Under the pieces are notes generated by a model that had not been told where the DNA came from, did not search any database, and saw only the letters and a program-made list of their open reading frames with translations. A DNA stretch of 64,000 nt from a virus (lineage: Duplodnaviria; Caudoviricetes): positions 64,001 through 128,000 of the IMG/VR virus record IMGVR_UViG_3300033067_001757; one strand, 5' to 3'. Shown piece by piece: positions 36,431 through 46,376 of the stretch. The translations under genes were made by a program, and so were the position numbers. Each line of letters begins with the position of its first letter. Position 1 is the first letter of the stretch.

Positions 36431-38467
36431 TTAAAATAAATTGTAATAACTATATAATTTGTTTCCAGAAGAATTATTATCTACATATGTCTTTACAGCA
36501 TTCTGAGAAGGATACAATGTATTGGAAGTACCAAGAGTTGTAGTGGTACTCTTATTACTAACATCTTCCTTCAACGCAAGTGAGGCTGATACCGAACCCG
36601 ATAATAAATATATACTCGATGAAGTATTTGTAATCCTAAGATCGAATGAAGTACTTGCCGCATAATAAGACGAAGTGAACGTATTATAACTCGAACTCAG
36701 AGAAAATAATGACGAAGAATCATTTGATATTCTGGAATTGAATGAAGCAGAATCGTTATTAATACTTGAACTAAGTGTATTAAAAGAACTCGTGAGTGTA
36801 TAATAGGGAGCATATGAAGCGGTGTATGCATAGCTGGAACTAAACGCCCATGAAGCACTTACTGAAGCACTGGATGATACTGCATACGAAGCACTCAAAG
36901 CTTGTGATGCATATGACGAGGTACCGAGTAAACTTCCAGTAAATGATTGCGCTGTTACGCTACCTGTGACATACAATGATCCGGAAACATATACAGATCC
37001 GGTGATCACCTCATCTCCAAAAAATCTATTACTACCTGTAGTAACAAACGATGCGGTATCTATAGATTGACCGGTGCTTCCTGTTGGAATTGTTATGCTG
37101 CCACTATTATCAGCAAATATTCCATTAACCGATGCTACTAATACCGCTGTGGCGTCTGGTAAATAAATAGTATGATTAGATGTTGTAACTTCATTAGTCA
37201 AGAATGTTTTTATGCTACCACTACGAACATAAATACCTTTAGTGGATATTCTACCATTAGCATCGAGACCAAAAACATAACCGTCCGGATCATTAGTCTT
37301 TAAAAACGCATCTGCTTCTATGCTCGCAGTAGTAGTGTTACCAATGTTAGTAACGCTTTGTAAATCTTGCAGAGAACCGGTTGCAGATGATGTAAAATTT
37401 CTTATACGGTCATCGAAAGATGCTGAATCAATATTATATGATGCAGTTGTTACAAATGAAGATGTATCAAATGAAACGCTGCCACCCGAACCTGTAACAA
37501 CCCATGATAATACACCGTTAGTATTTTGTATAGTTGTGGTACCACTTCCGGAAGCATTTGGCCAAACATATGACAATCCTGCTATCGTAAACGTCCTAGT
37601 ACCTGGTACATATTTAAATTGTGCGGAGCCTTTAGATAATTCTTTAGGATTTGCAGTATATAAAGGAATCTGATTTACCCTTTGGATACCGCTGACTTTC
37701 TGTGTTATATAATAGTTAGAACCTGAAATAGATTCATATACAATATCGTCCGTACCCATTACCGGTGTTTCGGTTTGCTGTCCGAATAATAATCCTTTAT
37801 TAATTGAACCTGTTACAGGAATAACAATCTGAGGATCAAACTCAGCAGTTTCATTGGCATCACTCGTTCTCGTTAAAATAACAGGTGCTGTGGAAGAACC
37901 TGTTTGTGATAGTGAATACGGTCCGTTCTGCAAAGAAGATGTTTGATTCTTTACAAGTACACGATCATTTAGTGACAATACAGCACCGTCGACAGACGGG
38001 AAAACAAAATTTAAAACACTCGTCAGCGTGGCTCCGATACCTGAAGAACCATTATTGTATATGTAACCACTCAGCGACGATGTTGTTGCTGCTACAACCG
38101 TAATAGGTGTAATACCATACGATGAAGTATTGATATTATTGATCCTATCATTAAACGATGCAGAATCAGAATAATATGAAGCAGTTAGAAGATAATTAGA
38201 TTCACTGGTAAATACATTACGTATCTGTAACAGAAACGATGATGAATCAATATAGTACGACGACGTTAAAAGATACTTAGATTCGCTTTGGAATACATTA
38301 TTGATACGAACATCAAAGGAAGAACTATCCGTTCTGTATGAGGCTGTAAACGCATTAAATGATGAGGTAGAGGTATAACCAATCACATTACCCTGGAAAC
38401 TTCCTGAGAAACTCCCGGTAAACGACCCTGATAACGGTTGCTCTAACTGTGATGAATTGATTAACAT
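36431..38467 (-). CDS. Tail fibre protein with DSASF / ASYA repeats
   Basis: DG..L..NDRVLVKNQT...QNG.Y...LTR..DA fibre module, LQSVTNIGNTT and KEDVSNKS...YPSQNAVKTYVD. Confidence 0.72.
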   Translation of the reverse strand: MLINSSQLEQPLSGSFTGSFSGSFQGNVIGYTSTSSFNAFTASYRTDSSSFDVRINNVFQSESKYLLTSSYYIDSSSFLLQIRNVFTSESNYLLTASYYSDSASFNDRINNINTSSYGITPITVVAATTSSLSGYIYNNGSSGIGATLTSVLNFVFPSVDGAVLSLNDRVLVKNQTSSLQNGPYSLSQTGSSTAPVILTRTSDANETAEFDPQIVIPVTGSINKGLLFGQQTETPVMGTDDIVYESISGSNYYITQKVSGIQRVNQIPLYTANPKELSKGSAQFKYVPGTRTFTIAGLSYVWPNASGSGTTTIQNTNGVLSWVVTGSGGSVSFDTSSFVTTASYNIDSASFDDRIRNFTSSATGSLQDLQSVTNIGNTTTASIEADAFLKTNDPDGYVFGLDANGRISTKGIYVRSGSIKTFLTNEVTTSNHTIYLPDATAVLVASVNGIFADNSGSITIPTGSTGQSIDTASFVTTGSNRFFGDEVITGSVYVSGSLYVTGSVTAQSFTGSLLGTSSYASQALSASYAVSSSASVSASWAFSSSYAYTASYAPYYTLTSSFNTLSSSINNDSASFNSRISNDSSSLFSLSSSYNTFTSSYYAASTSFDLRITNTSSSIYLLSGSVSASLALKEDVSNKSTTTTLGTSNTLYPSQNAVKTYVDNNSSGNKLYSYYNLF

Positions 38468-38468
38468 A

Positions 38469-39692
38469 TTATGCGAACTTGCCTACGGCGTATACTTCCC
38501 AGGTTGATATAAATGAAAATCCTACTTCTGCAGGATTGATAACAAGAGTGCAGGTGTTGTCACCGTTATCAACGAAACTTACAATACCATTTGGCTCCAG
38601 TAATTGTCCATTAACAAAGAATTCAAACTTACTAACATCGGTAGGAGGTAAACTCGGAGTCGGTGATGGTAAGAATGATGCTGGGAATATAGCAGTTGTC
38701 GTAGTAACAGTAGTTGCCAATACCATTTTATTAGTATTAAGATATGTAAGAATATTAGGATCAATAGTACCACTACCACCACCTGCCGATCTCGTTGGTA
38801 TGGGATATGAAACAACACTACTTGCTTTACCGATATTTGCAGTAGTGATATCAATACCACCTACCACCTCTGTTTTGAATACGACCTGAGCTTTTGAAAA
38901 GAATCTTTTATAGTCCGTGGTTAAGAATTTATTTATTGAGTCTGGAATAACATATCCATTCAGGACGATATTAAACTGAGACATAAACTTTCTATCATCA
39001 CCTTGCTCTATTTGTTGTGTAATTGGCATTGCATCTATACGGGCCTGGTAAGTGAATTTATTAGGTTGGCCCCAGTAGGAATCTGAACGATAAAAAATAT
39101 CTTCGATGATGCGTAAGATATCTTCCATCATATTGGTATAAATCACACATGTGAATGTAAGCTTATGGTAATCCGGTACAATGAACGATCCGTATTCTTC
39201 TACCGGTACCCGATTGGTGAGTACTGAGAAAGTGTCATAAAAATTTTTATTTGAATAACGCTTTTTATATATCTGATAATTATGAACTTTATTACCGTCA
39301 AGTTTATTACCCAGTTCCCGGTTCTTTTCAATGTTATCAAGCTTCACCGATATTACCGGGAATAATACCTGACCTTCTTTATCTCTGAAAGCACCATCTC
39401 GTTGAGCGGATTTCCAACGCTCAGGTGCCGCATAGATAACAGGGATATTAATCCTTGTACCTTCTTCTATAACCGAACATTTTATTACCTCTTTGAAGTA
39501 ATACATAATCCCATCAACAATATCCTGGAATCCGTTAGAAATATCCTTTATGTCTTCTCCTCGTAACGACACATCATTACCCCTCTTAGATACATCAACC
39601 GGTGGTTTACCTAGTTCTGGTATATAAGGATGGATATTGTTATTGGTTATCTCAGCTTGAGATTTAGGGATGTTCTTTATCGTTTCGGGCAT
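38469..39692 (-). CDS. Tail completion / sheath stabilizer (T4 gp15-like)
   Basis: IPVIYAAPERW, PVIS and VPDY..LTF; follows the neck genes. Confidence 0.65.
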   Translation of the reverse strand: MPETIKNIPKSQAEITNNNIHPYIPELGKPPVDVSKRGNDVSLRGEDIKDISNGFQDIVDGIMYYFKEVIKCSVIEEGTRINIPVIYAAPERWKSAQRDGAFRDKEGQVLFPVISVKLDNIEKNRELGNKLDGNKVHNYQIYKKRYSNKNFYDTFSVLTNRVPVEEYGSFIVPDYHKLTFTCVIYTNMMEDILRIIEDIFYRSDSYWGQPNKFTYQARIDAMPITQQIEQGDDRKFMSQFNIVLNGYVIPDSINKFLTTDYKRFFSKAQVVFKTEVVGGIDITTANIGKASSVVSYPIPTRSAGGGSGTIDPNILTYLNTNKMVLATTVTTTTAIFPASFLPSPTPSLPPTDVSKFEFFVNGQLLEPNGIVSFVDNGDNTCTLVINPAEVGFSFISTWEVYAVGKFA

Positions 39693-40180
39693 TATCTGCT
39701 CTTAATTATATTTAATTTGTTGTGTTTAGTTAAGTGTGACTTGCATATTATTGACCATGACTCACCATATAATTGACTATCTTCTTCCAATGAATAGTCT
39801 GGATTTTTACCCATTATTCGTTGATTAACTATAGTATTATCAACTTCAAAATAATTTTCTTCCCACAGGATTATATCCCCCTTCTCTGGTACCAGATTAA
39901 GTTCAATGAGATCTGCTTGTAAGAAACGAAAATCTACCTGTTGTGTTGTAGTTAAACCAGTTTCAATGTATGGTGAATCTGGATCTTCCGGTACAATTGA
40001 ACATACGAGAAGAATAGGCTGATGATAAATTTTATTCTTTGATTCACCGAATACATTTACGTTTGTTTCTCTTAGAGACAGTTTATAATAAATAACTTCT
40101 TGAGAGATTATTTTACGCATCACCTGGCGGTTATGATGACGAAAAAAACTTTTTGCTTTAGGTCCTGTATATAGTGGCAT
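39692..40180 (-). CDS. Head closure / neck protein (T4 gp14-like)
   Basis: VIYYK...N.FGES and PEKGDII.W...YFEV; lies between gp13-like and gp15-like genes. Confidence 0.7.
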   Translation of the reverse strand: MPLYTGPKAKSFFRHHNRQVMRKIISQEVIYYKLSLRETNVNVFGESKNKIYHQPILLVCSIVPEDPDSPYIETGLTTTQQVDFRFLQADLIELNLVPEKGDIILWEENYFEVDNTIVNQRIMGKNPDYSLEEDSQLYGESWSIICKSHLTKHNKLNIIKSR

Positions 40181-40186
40181 ATTAAA

Positions 40187-41356
40187 TTATCCAATTATTA
40201 TAGGCATCGGAAAATTTACCAAAGTATCTTTCATATTAGACGCCTCCTGAGCCTTCATTTCCATTTGTTTTTGTCTACTCGTACTGTCTAATGTTTCACG
40301 CAAACTTGTAATCAGTTTTTCCTGATCGTTAGATGCCTGAGTTAAAAGATCAGTACCGTTGACATTTATTTCCGTTCCGGGAAATGGTGTACCTGAATAT
40401 GTATTTCTAATGTTACCGAGTATTTCTTTAGCAACGGCCAAACCATAATCGAATATCCATTTACGCCCAGGTGAATTAATCTGTGAATAATTAATTTCAT
40501 CATAAGGAACATTACTAATGTTAGTAACGAGACTTGTACCAGAATTTCTCACCAGACTACTTCTTTCCGATTGTTTAATATAAGTAAACCAAAGTTTCTT
40601 ATCGTCATATATCGGCACCGGAAATATCCTGAGCTTATTGTTTATTAGTTCAAATGTAAATGCGGACTTGCGTATCTGATCATTAAATTCAATAGCTTGC
40701 ACACGAAGTACATCAGCATACGCCGGCATCAACATAAAATTAATAGCCGGTGACAAGTTACCAAATCCGAACGATTGCATCAAATCCTGCAGTCCTATAC
40801 CAGTACCAGCATAAGGATCACCAAATCTATTTACAGCAGGCGTACCTTCATAGAAGATTCTTTTTATCTCAATAGTGTCACCCGGTTGTAAAGATGCTGA
40901 TTGACTGGCCCAAAAATCAAGATCGTAAAACTGTTGACCAGGTATCATCTGCAATGAACCTGAATAGTAATTTATATTACCTCCGGAACCGACCTCTGAA
41001 CCATAATCTTTCGCAATACGAAGTAAATTTGCAAAGTTGGGCTGGATTAATGTGGTATTCAGATTGCTGCCGGTTGAACTACCTTCCATAGAAAGATAAT
41101 TCTCACGAATCTTATACTCATATAATTCTTTACCATATACAGTAACAGCATCTTCTAAAGCTGCATAGAAATTGATATCCTGCAACTCCACTTCCATGAT
41201 AGGATAACCTAATCTTCTTGCTCCGAATTTAGCAAACTTCTGACCAGCAATCTGAAATTGAGGATCATCATCATAGTACCCAAAAGGAGTATTCCCACTT
41301 ACTGGTAAGAGGGATACATCTTCATTATAATAAAGTATTTCTGTTATCGCTGCCAT
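40187..41356 (-). CDS. Neck / head-tail adaptor protein (T4 gp13-like)
   Basis: RRLGYPIMEVEL, WIFDY.LA.AKEILG.IR..Y and NG..L. Confidence 0.8.
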   Translation of the reverse strand: MAAITEILYYNEDVSLLPVSGNTPFGYYDDDPQFQIAGQKFAKFGARRLGYPIMEVELQDINFYAALEDAVTVYGKELYEYKIRENYLSMEGSSTGSNLNTTLIQPNFANLLRIAKDYGSEVGSGGNINYYSGSLQMIPGQQFYDLDFWASQSASLQPGDTIEIKRIFYEGTPAVNRFGDPYAGTGIGLQDLMQSFGFGNLSPAINFMLMPAYADVLRVQAIEFNDQIRKSAFTFELINNKLRIFPVPIYDDKKLWFTYIKQSERSSLVRNSGTSLVTNISNVPYDEINYSQINSPGRKWIFDYGLAVAKEILGNIRNTYSGTPFPGTEINVNGTDLLTQASNDQEKLITSLRETLDSTSRQKQMEMKAQEASNMKDTLVNFPMPIIIG

Positions 41357-41372
41357 TGTATATAAATATCAG

Positions 41373-42068
41373 TTAGGCTCTCAATTCAGAAAATACCTTA
41401 AGGATGTCTTCTACTATTGGATGACGATGATTAGTTTGGAGTGATACTGTTGCGAATCCGGGAATATCCTTCATATGCTTGTAAAGTATGTCAAAACCAG
41501 AATCGGCCTTTTTCTTCAAATCTATCTGGGCTGAGTCACCACAGATAACAATCTTCGATCCGATGCATAAACGACCCAGAATAAGCTCTAATTGATTCTG
41601 TGTAGCATTTTGCGCCTCATCGACTATTACGAATACTTTTGAAAAGTTCCATCCACGAAGAAAACCGATAGGAATAACTTCGATGAGACCATCTGAAATA
41701 AGCTTATCGATATTTTGCTTGGTATCAAGACGATACATATTTGCATATACAGGGTCGCTAAATGGTGCCATTTTATCATCTTTACTACCTGGTAGAAATC
41801 CGATGTCTTCTCCTGCTGTGATTGCGGGTCTTGCGATGATAACTTTTTCAATACCGTCTGAATGTTTATGTAAACAATCGAGTGCTACCTGCGCGGCAAG
41901 TAAGGATTTACCGGAGCCGGCTTTACCTTTTATAACTGTGACAGTATTGTTGAGAATTATGTCTTTGGCTACTTTTTGTTCTTCGTTAAGAGAGAGATTA
42001 AATTTACGTGGAGTCTTTGGTATTTTCTTTTCTTTATAAACCTGGTCACTATGTGGTTTAGAACTCAT
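41373..42068 (-). CDS. phoH: PhoH-like ATPase (start revised to ATG 42068)
   Basis: GKAGSGKS, RPA...E.IGFLPG, FLRG..F, IVDEAQN, GDSAQID and RHPIV. Confidence 0.93.
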   Translation of the reverse strand: MSSKPHSDQVYKEKKIPKTPRKFNLSLNEEQKVAKDIILNNTVTVIKGKAGSGKSLLAAQVALDCLHKHSDGIEKVIIARPAITAGEDIGFLPGSKDDKMAPFSDPVYANMYRLDTKQNIDKLISDGLIEVIPIGFLRGWNFSKVFVIVDEAQNATQNQLELILGRLCIGSKIVICGDSAQIDLKKKADSGFDILYKHMKDIPGFATVSLQTNHRHPIVEDILKVFSELRA

Positions 42069-42105
42069 GAAATATTGGTTTGATATAAATATCAATCACG
42101 AGACA

Positions 42106-42684
42106 TCAAGCTAAAACTTTTCTATATCGTCCATCGGAACCTTTCTCAATATCCTTTCTTTTACGGAGATTATCACACCTTTCCTGATACTTATCTCGAC
42201 CTTCTTCACCGTAACGTTCAATAAACCAATCCAAAGAAAAGCGACCCTTGGCCTTTTGTTTTTGTAATTCTATAGATTCCGGTCTATGTTTCTTCCCATA
42301 CATTGCATTATTTTCACCACTGCTTAATATACTTTGATTCTTAACGAACTCATAATACTTATCGGTATCGCGTAATCCATCCCAAATATCTCCACCATCT
42401 TCTGTTTGATACATACTATTATATCCTTCTAACACTGAATTATATTCTAATATATATTTCAATTCTTTCGTTATTGCTTCTTCAATTGTATCAGCTTCAT
42501 CAATTATTTCTTTGATCATATTGTCCCAGCCATATTTTCGAATAGCATTATATAAATGCCATTTTACATCTTTGGTAGATCGATATTTATGTGATTTCAT
42601 TCTGTCGTAGAAATCGTTTGTTCTACCGATGTATACCTTACCGTTGGGAGATGTTATCTTATAAATTACAAAATTTGGATTCAT
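42106..42684 (-). mobile_element. Free-standing GIY-YIG homing endonuclease
   Basis: VIYKITSPNGKVYIGRT, LYNAIRKYGW, GYN and a NUMOD3-like N.MYGKKH..ES. Confidence 0.85.
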
Positions 42685-42728
42685 AGAATTCGGATTTTTA
42701 TTTTAATTGAGTTTTTAGGAAGAGAGAT

Positions 42729-42760
42729 AAAAAAGAGCAAGACGTAATGCTTGCTCTTAA
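42729..42760 (-). terminator. Intrinsic terminator after the major capsid gene
   Basis: Minus strand AAGAGCAAG-CATTACGT-CTTGCTCTT followed by TTTT. Confidence 0.8.
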
Positions 42761-42780
42761 TTTTATAAGGAAAATTAGGG

Positions 42781-44418
42781 TTATAGTTTGTCCAAATCGG
42801 CAACGTAAACAGCCCCAAAAAATTCCGCGCGGGTTACCTTCTTAGCGTAACGAGTTGACAACCCTTTACGTGGAGTGAAAGTTTCAGGATCAAACAATGT
42901 CGGTGTCATCACCAGCGGTACATACGTTAAGTATGAAGCTCCACATTCAAGGAACGATCCACCTTTGTAACCCATTAATATGGTGTTTGAAGTCATATAA
43001 GGGTTGATTATAACGTCCCATTTGTTTGCGATGTTACCTGCTTTGTAAGCGCCCATTGCGTACTTATCGCTCTTTCCATCAGTGCTTGCTGCATATCCAG
43101 AGATAGACTCAAGGATTACAGAAACCTCCGGTGAAATCATCACTTTATTCGCCTGACCACGTACAGTCTTCTTTAAGATCTGACGAGATACTGTCTGCAT
43201 CTTGGTACCAAGTGTTTTGAACCACTCACCCTGGGTGTTGTAGTAACCACCTGCACCTGCTGCGGCCTGAGACCATGTAGCTGTATTCTTGTTATAGAAT
43301 ACGTTAGATACACATGACCAGATTTCATAAGTATTAACAGACGCTTCGATCATATCAAGAATCTCAAGGTCAATCTCCATAGAGATGTATTCGCTTAACA
43401 CCGAAGTGATTTCAGCTTCTACATCAATACTTTGATAAGCGTTGATATCCTGCGCACCTTCTGCAGTCCATTTACCTTTTACTTTTCTGGTTTTAGCGGC
43501 CACAGCTTCTGAACGGAATTCCATGTTGAATTCTGGAATAGAGTTAGAACCAGTTAAACCTCTTGTAGCGGTATCTTCAAAATCACCACGAGCATTATCG
43601 GTAGGTTGTTTTGAGTAGTAAATAGTCGCTGAACCTGATCCAAGACCCAACTGACCAGCAGTACCTGAAACGATGAACGTTAAGGTATCGGTTGTTGTGT
43701 TATAAGAAGAGAATTCTGCGAACAAGTTAGATTCAGATACACCTGAGCCGGTAAGTACAAATGAACGCGCTCCTACAGTATCCATACCAGGTACAGCAGC
43801 GGCAGCGGCAGTAACACTTAACTTCCTTAAGAAACCAGCTTGTGCAGATGCACTGTAGTTACCATTGAAGTTGATGTCAGCAGCAGAAGCTGTTGTAGTA
43901 GTGAAAGATATTGACGAGGTATATTCGTTGATAGAGAATCCCCAACGGCCAGCGCCATATAAACCACCGAAAGCTGGTACGTTCTTAGTAGTGGTAGTAC
44001 CATAAACACTATCACTCGAGTTGAAACGTGAGTTACCACTTAAAGATGGTTGGTTAGTACCATACTTAAATTCAAGATAGAATACCATACCTGTTGGTAA
44101 TGGCATCGGCTGTAACGATACAAATTCTTTTGAAGGAATGTCAGCGAATACTTTACGCACCAACGGTAACGCAACGCCTGCCCATTGTTCACCAGAACCT
44201 ACTGTGAATGTACCACCGGTACCAGTCTGGGTCTGTTCAACGAACAATTGTTTTGCTTGATTCTCAAGCATGAGAACCATGTTCTCTTTAGCATATTTTT
44301 CCTGAAGGTCTTTACCTTTCAAAAGGCCGGTCTTTTCCCATTTGGGCATAAGCTCCTTAGCTCTTTTTAACTGATCCTGGAATGCTGATTCCGGATTATA
44401 TAATTTTTCTATACTCAT
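42781..44418 (-). CDS. Major capsid protein (T4 gp23-like)
   Basis: KW..TGLL, LENQ, LPLVRKVF, VSLQPM..PTG.VFYL, AKTRK.K..WT.E.AQD, EID.EI, YVPL and F.P..G..TRYA. Confidence 0.95.
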   Translation of the reverse strand: MSIEKLYNPESAFQDQLKRAKELMPKWEKTGLLKGKDLQEKYAKENMVLMLENQAKQLFVEQTQTGTGGTFTVGSGEQWAGVALPLVRKVFADIPSKEFVSLQPMPLPTGMVFYLEFKYGTNQPSLSGNSRFNSSDSVYGTTTTKNVPAFGGLYGAGRWGFSINEYTSSISFTTTTASAADINFNGNYSASAQAGFLRKLSVTAAAAAVPGMDTVGARSFVLTGSGVSESNLFAEFSSYNTTTDTLTFIVSGTAGQLGLGSGSATIYYSKQPTDNARGDFEDTATRGLTGSNSIPEFNMEFRSEAVAAKTRKVKGKWTAEGAQDINAYQSIDVEAEITSVLSEYISMEIDLEILDMIEASVNTYEIWSCVSNVFYNKNTATWSQAAAGAGGYYNTQGEWFKTLGTKMQTVSRQILKKTVRGQANKVMISPEVSVILESISGYAASTDGKSDKYAMGAYKAGNIANKWDVIINPYMTSNTILMGYKGGSFLECGASYLTYVPLVMTPTLFDPETFTPRKGLSTRYAKKVTRAEFFGAVYVADLDKL

Positions 44419-44454
44419 TGTTTTTTATTGTTTTTTTTTTTGGGTTGTTTGTTT

Positions 44455-45531
44455 TTAGTTTAGTCCCGCCAGTTCTGCCCATCTTGCGATCTGCGATTCA
44501 TTTAAGATTCCACCGGTTGCTACCTTAGCGCTCTTAGTTGAAGTGCCTGCAGATTTAGATGCCATTCCTAACGCTTCTTTGATATTGGTTTTTTTGTTTG
44601 TTTTTGCTTTGTAAGCTCCTGATAATGCTTCGTGAATAACTTTCGCTTCTTTCACTGTTGTAGCTTTATCGAACGCTTTGATTACTTTGATTTTTTCAGA
44701 CTTGTCAAGGTTGCACTCTTTAAGAATTTTGTTCATATAAAGAAGCTGTGCAGTAAGAAGGTTACCCTCGTTTACTTTTTTAACCAACGTGGTTACAAGT
44801 TTTTTTGATTCTTGTAATTCGGCTTTAATTTCTTCGTTCTCTTCCTGCATATTGGTAGGTAACGTATCGTGTTTACCGAAATGTTTACCACCAGGTTTAA
44901 CAGATGAAGGAGAGATTTCATCCTTGTAGAACTTCATGAATGCATTGAACTTGTCACCAAGTAAAGTCTTCAATTTGTCCAACTTAGATTTGTCGAGTTT
45001 GATATCTTCAGCCTCATCAACTTCTTCAGCATCTTCTTCGGGTGCTTCTTCTTCATCTTCACCTTCAGATAATTCACTTAACAATTGATTGATGGTAGCA
45101 TCTTCGTCAAGATCAGAATCGTCTTCAACTTCTTCCGAACCGTCTTCCTGGTGATCAGCGTTTTTCTTTTTTGCTTCATCCATGTCTTCGGTATCGTCAT
45201 CATCACCTTTTTCTTCTTTTTCGATCTCGGCCAGGATAGCATCAATGTCAATTGATTCATCCATATCATCTTCATCACCATCTGGTGCAGGTTCGTCATC
45301 ACAATCGTCAGCAGCAGCTTTTTTCTTTTCGTCGATTTCAGTTTCGTTCAAATCTGTTGATTCTTCCATGTCTTCTTCCTCATCGGCATCTTCTGCTAAC
45401 TGAGAGTTCAAAAGGTTATTCAATTCAGGTTCAAAAGTTTCCAAAAGAGATGCTCTTGCGTTTTCGAGTGCGATTTTTTTAATACTGTCAGCGTCAGCGA
45501 TGGCGCTTTTTAATAATTCGTGTTTAGCCAT
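44455..45531 (-). CDS. Prohead core scaffolding protein (start revised to ATG 45531)
   Basis: MAKHELLKSAIADA...A...L.E.F.P, highly acidic middle, ends RWAELAGL; lies between protease and capsid genes. Confidence 0.8.
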   Translation of the reverse strand: MAKHELLKSAIADADSIKKIALENARASLLETFEPELNNLLNSQLAEDADEEEDMEESTDLNETEIDEKKKAAADDCDDEPAPDGDEDDMDESIDIDAILAEIEKEEKGDDDDTEDMDEAKKKNADHQEDGSEEVEDDSDLDEDATINQLLSELSEGEDEEEAPEEDAEEVDEAEDIKLDKSKLDKLKTLLGDKFNAFMKFYKDEISPSSVKPGGKHFGKHDTLPTNMQEENEEIKAELQESKKLVTTLVKKVNEGNLLTAQLLYMNKILKECNLDKSEKIKVIKAFDKATTVKEAKVIHEALSGAYKAKTNKKTNIKEALGMASKSAGTSTKSAKVATGGILNESQIARWAELAGLN

Positions 45532-45698
45532 TTTCCTTAATAAGTTTTTAGGAATATCTACGCCTATTAGAGAGGTGTAATGTGGGATTATGTGTCTTTC
45601 GAGCAAGTGATTCTTTATAGACAAAGAATATTGTAGTTCTTACTCTTTAATAAATATCATGTACATATATGAAAAATATGAATTTTCCAAATATTTTT

Positions 45699-46364
45699 TT
45701 AAGCAGTCTTTTTCTTATCACCAAACATACATGAGCAGGCACCTGAATTCTCACAGATAAGATCATGTATGATTTCATCGATTCTATTGAAGTGGTGTAA
45801 TGAAGTATTGATGAGGGTATGATCTAATCCTTCCATCAAAGACATATTACTGCCTTGCGTACTCTCAAAACTCACGAGATCCCAAGTTAACAAGGCATAA
45901 TCGTCTTGTACTTCCATGGTATTCTCATCAAGCTGTTCTACAGTACCCATACCACGAGAGGAGATGCCAACCGGTATCTTTCTGCGAAGTAAGCCGGCGG
46001 CAATACGGCCAGCGGGAAATTCAGGTCCATCAAGTATCTCAATATCACCGTATACATCGTCGCCTTCCCAGAAAATATTCTTGATATTATGTGATACGTT
46101 TTTAAGATTTACAACATTTTCGTTGCTATGATCAAGCTCACCAAGTGCTCTGTTGGCCTGCACCATCGTCTCAGCATATTTACCGACTTCTCGTTCAAGT
46201 ATAGGACGTGGATAAATACGACCGTTACGGTTCTTCGCATTGGCTCGTTGAAGCAATACTTTCTTTAAGATCATTGGTTGACCTTCACGCGATGTAGCTT
46301 CAGTCAACTGTTGAGGACTTAATACTAATTCGTAATATTCTTTAAGGGGTTGGAGTTGTTTCAT
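45699..46364 (-). CDS. Prohead maturation protease (T4 gp21-like)
   Basis: NRNGRIYP..IL..EV, ALGELDH, VSH.I, GISSRG.G and WD.VS. Confidence 0.93.
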   Translation of the reverse strand: MKQLQPLKEYYELVLSPQQLTEATSREGQPMILKKVLLQRANAKNRNGRIYPRPILEREVGKYAETMVQANRALGELDHSNENVVNLKNVSHNIKNIFWEGDDVYGDIEILDGPEFPAGRIAAGLLRRKIPVGISSRGMGTVEQLDENTMEVQDDYALLTWDLVSFESTQGSNMSLMEGLDHTLINTSLHHFNRIDEIIHDLICENSGACSCMFGDKKKTA

Positions 46365-46376
46365 TGTTGTTTTTTA

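Noticed and set aside
29461-38467. Diversity-generating retroelement or invertase-driven fibre switching
   Set aside because: No reverse transcriptase or recombinase gene is in the window. The repeats differ at synonymous positions rather than specifically at adenines.
44419-44454. Long A-tract leader (T11 on the plus strand) before the major capsid gene as a phase-variable site
   Set aside because: It is non-coding, and A-rich leaders are the normal translation-initiation context in Bacteroidota.
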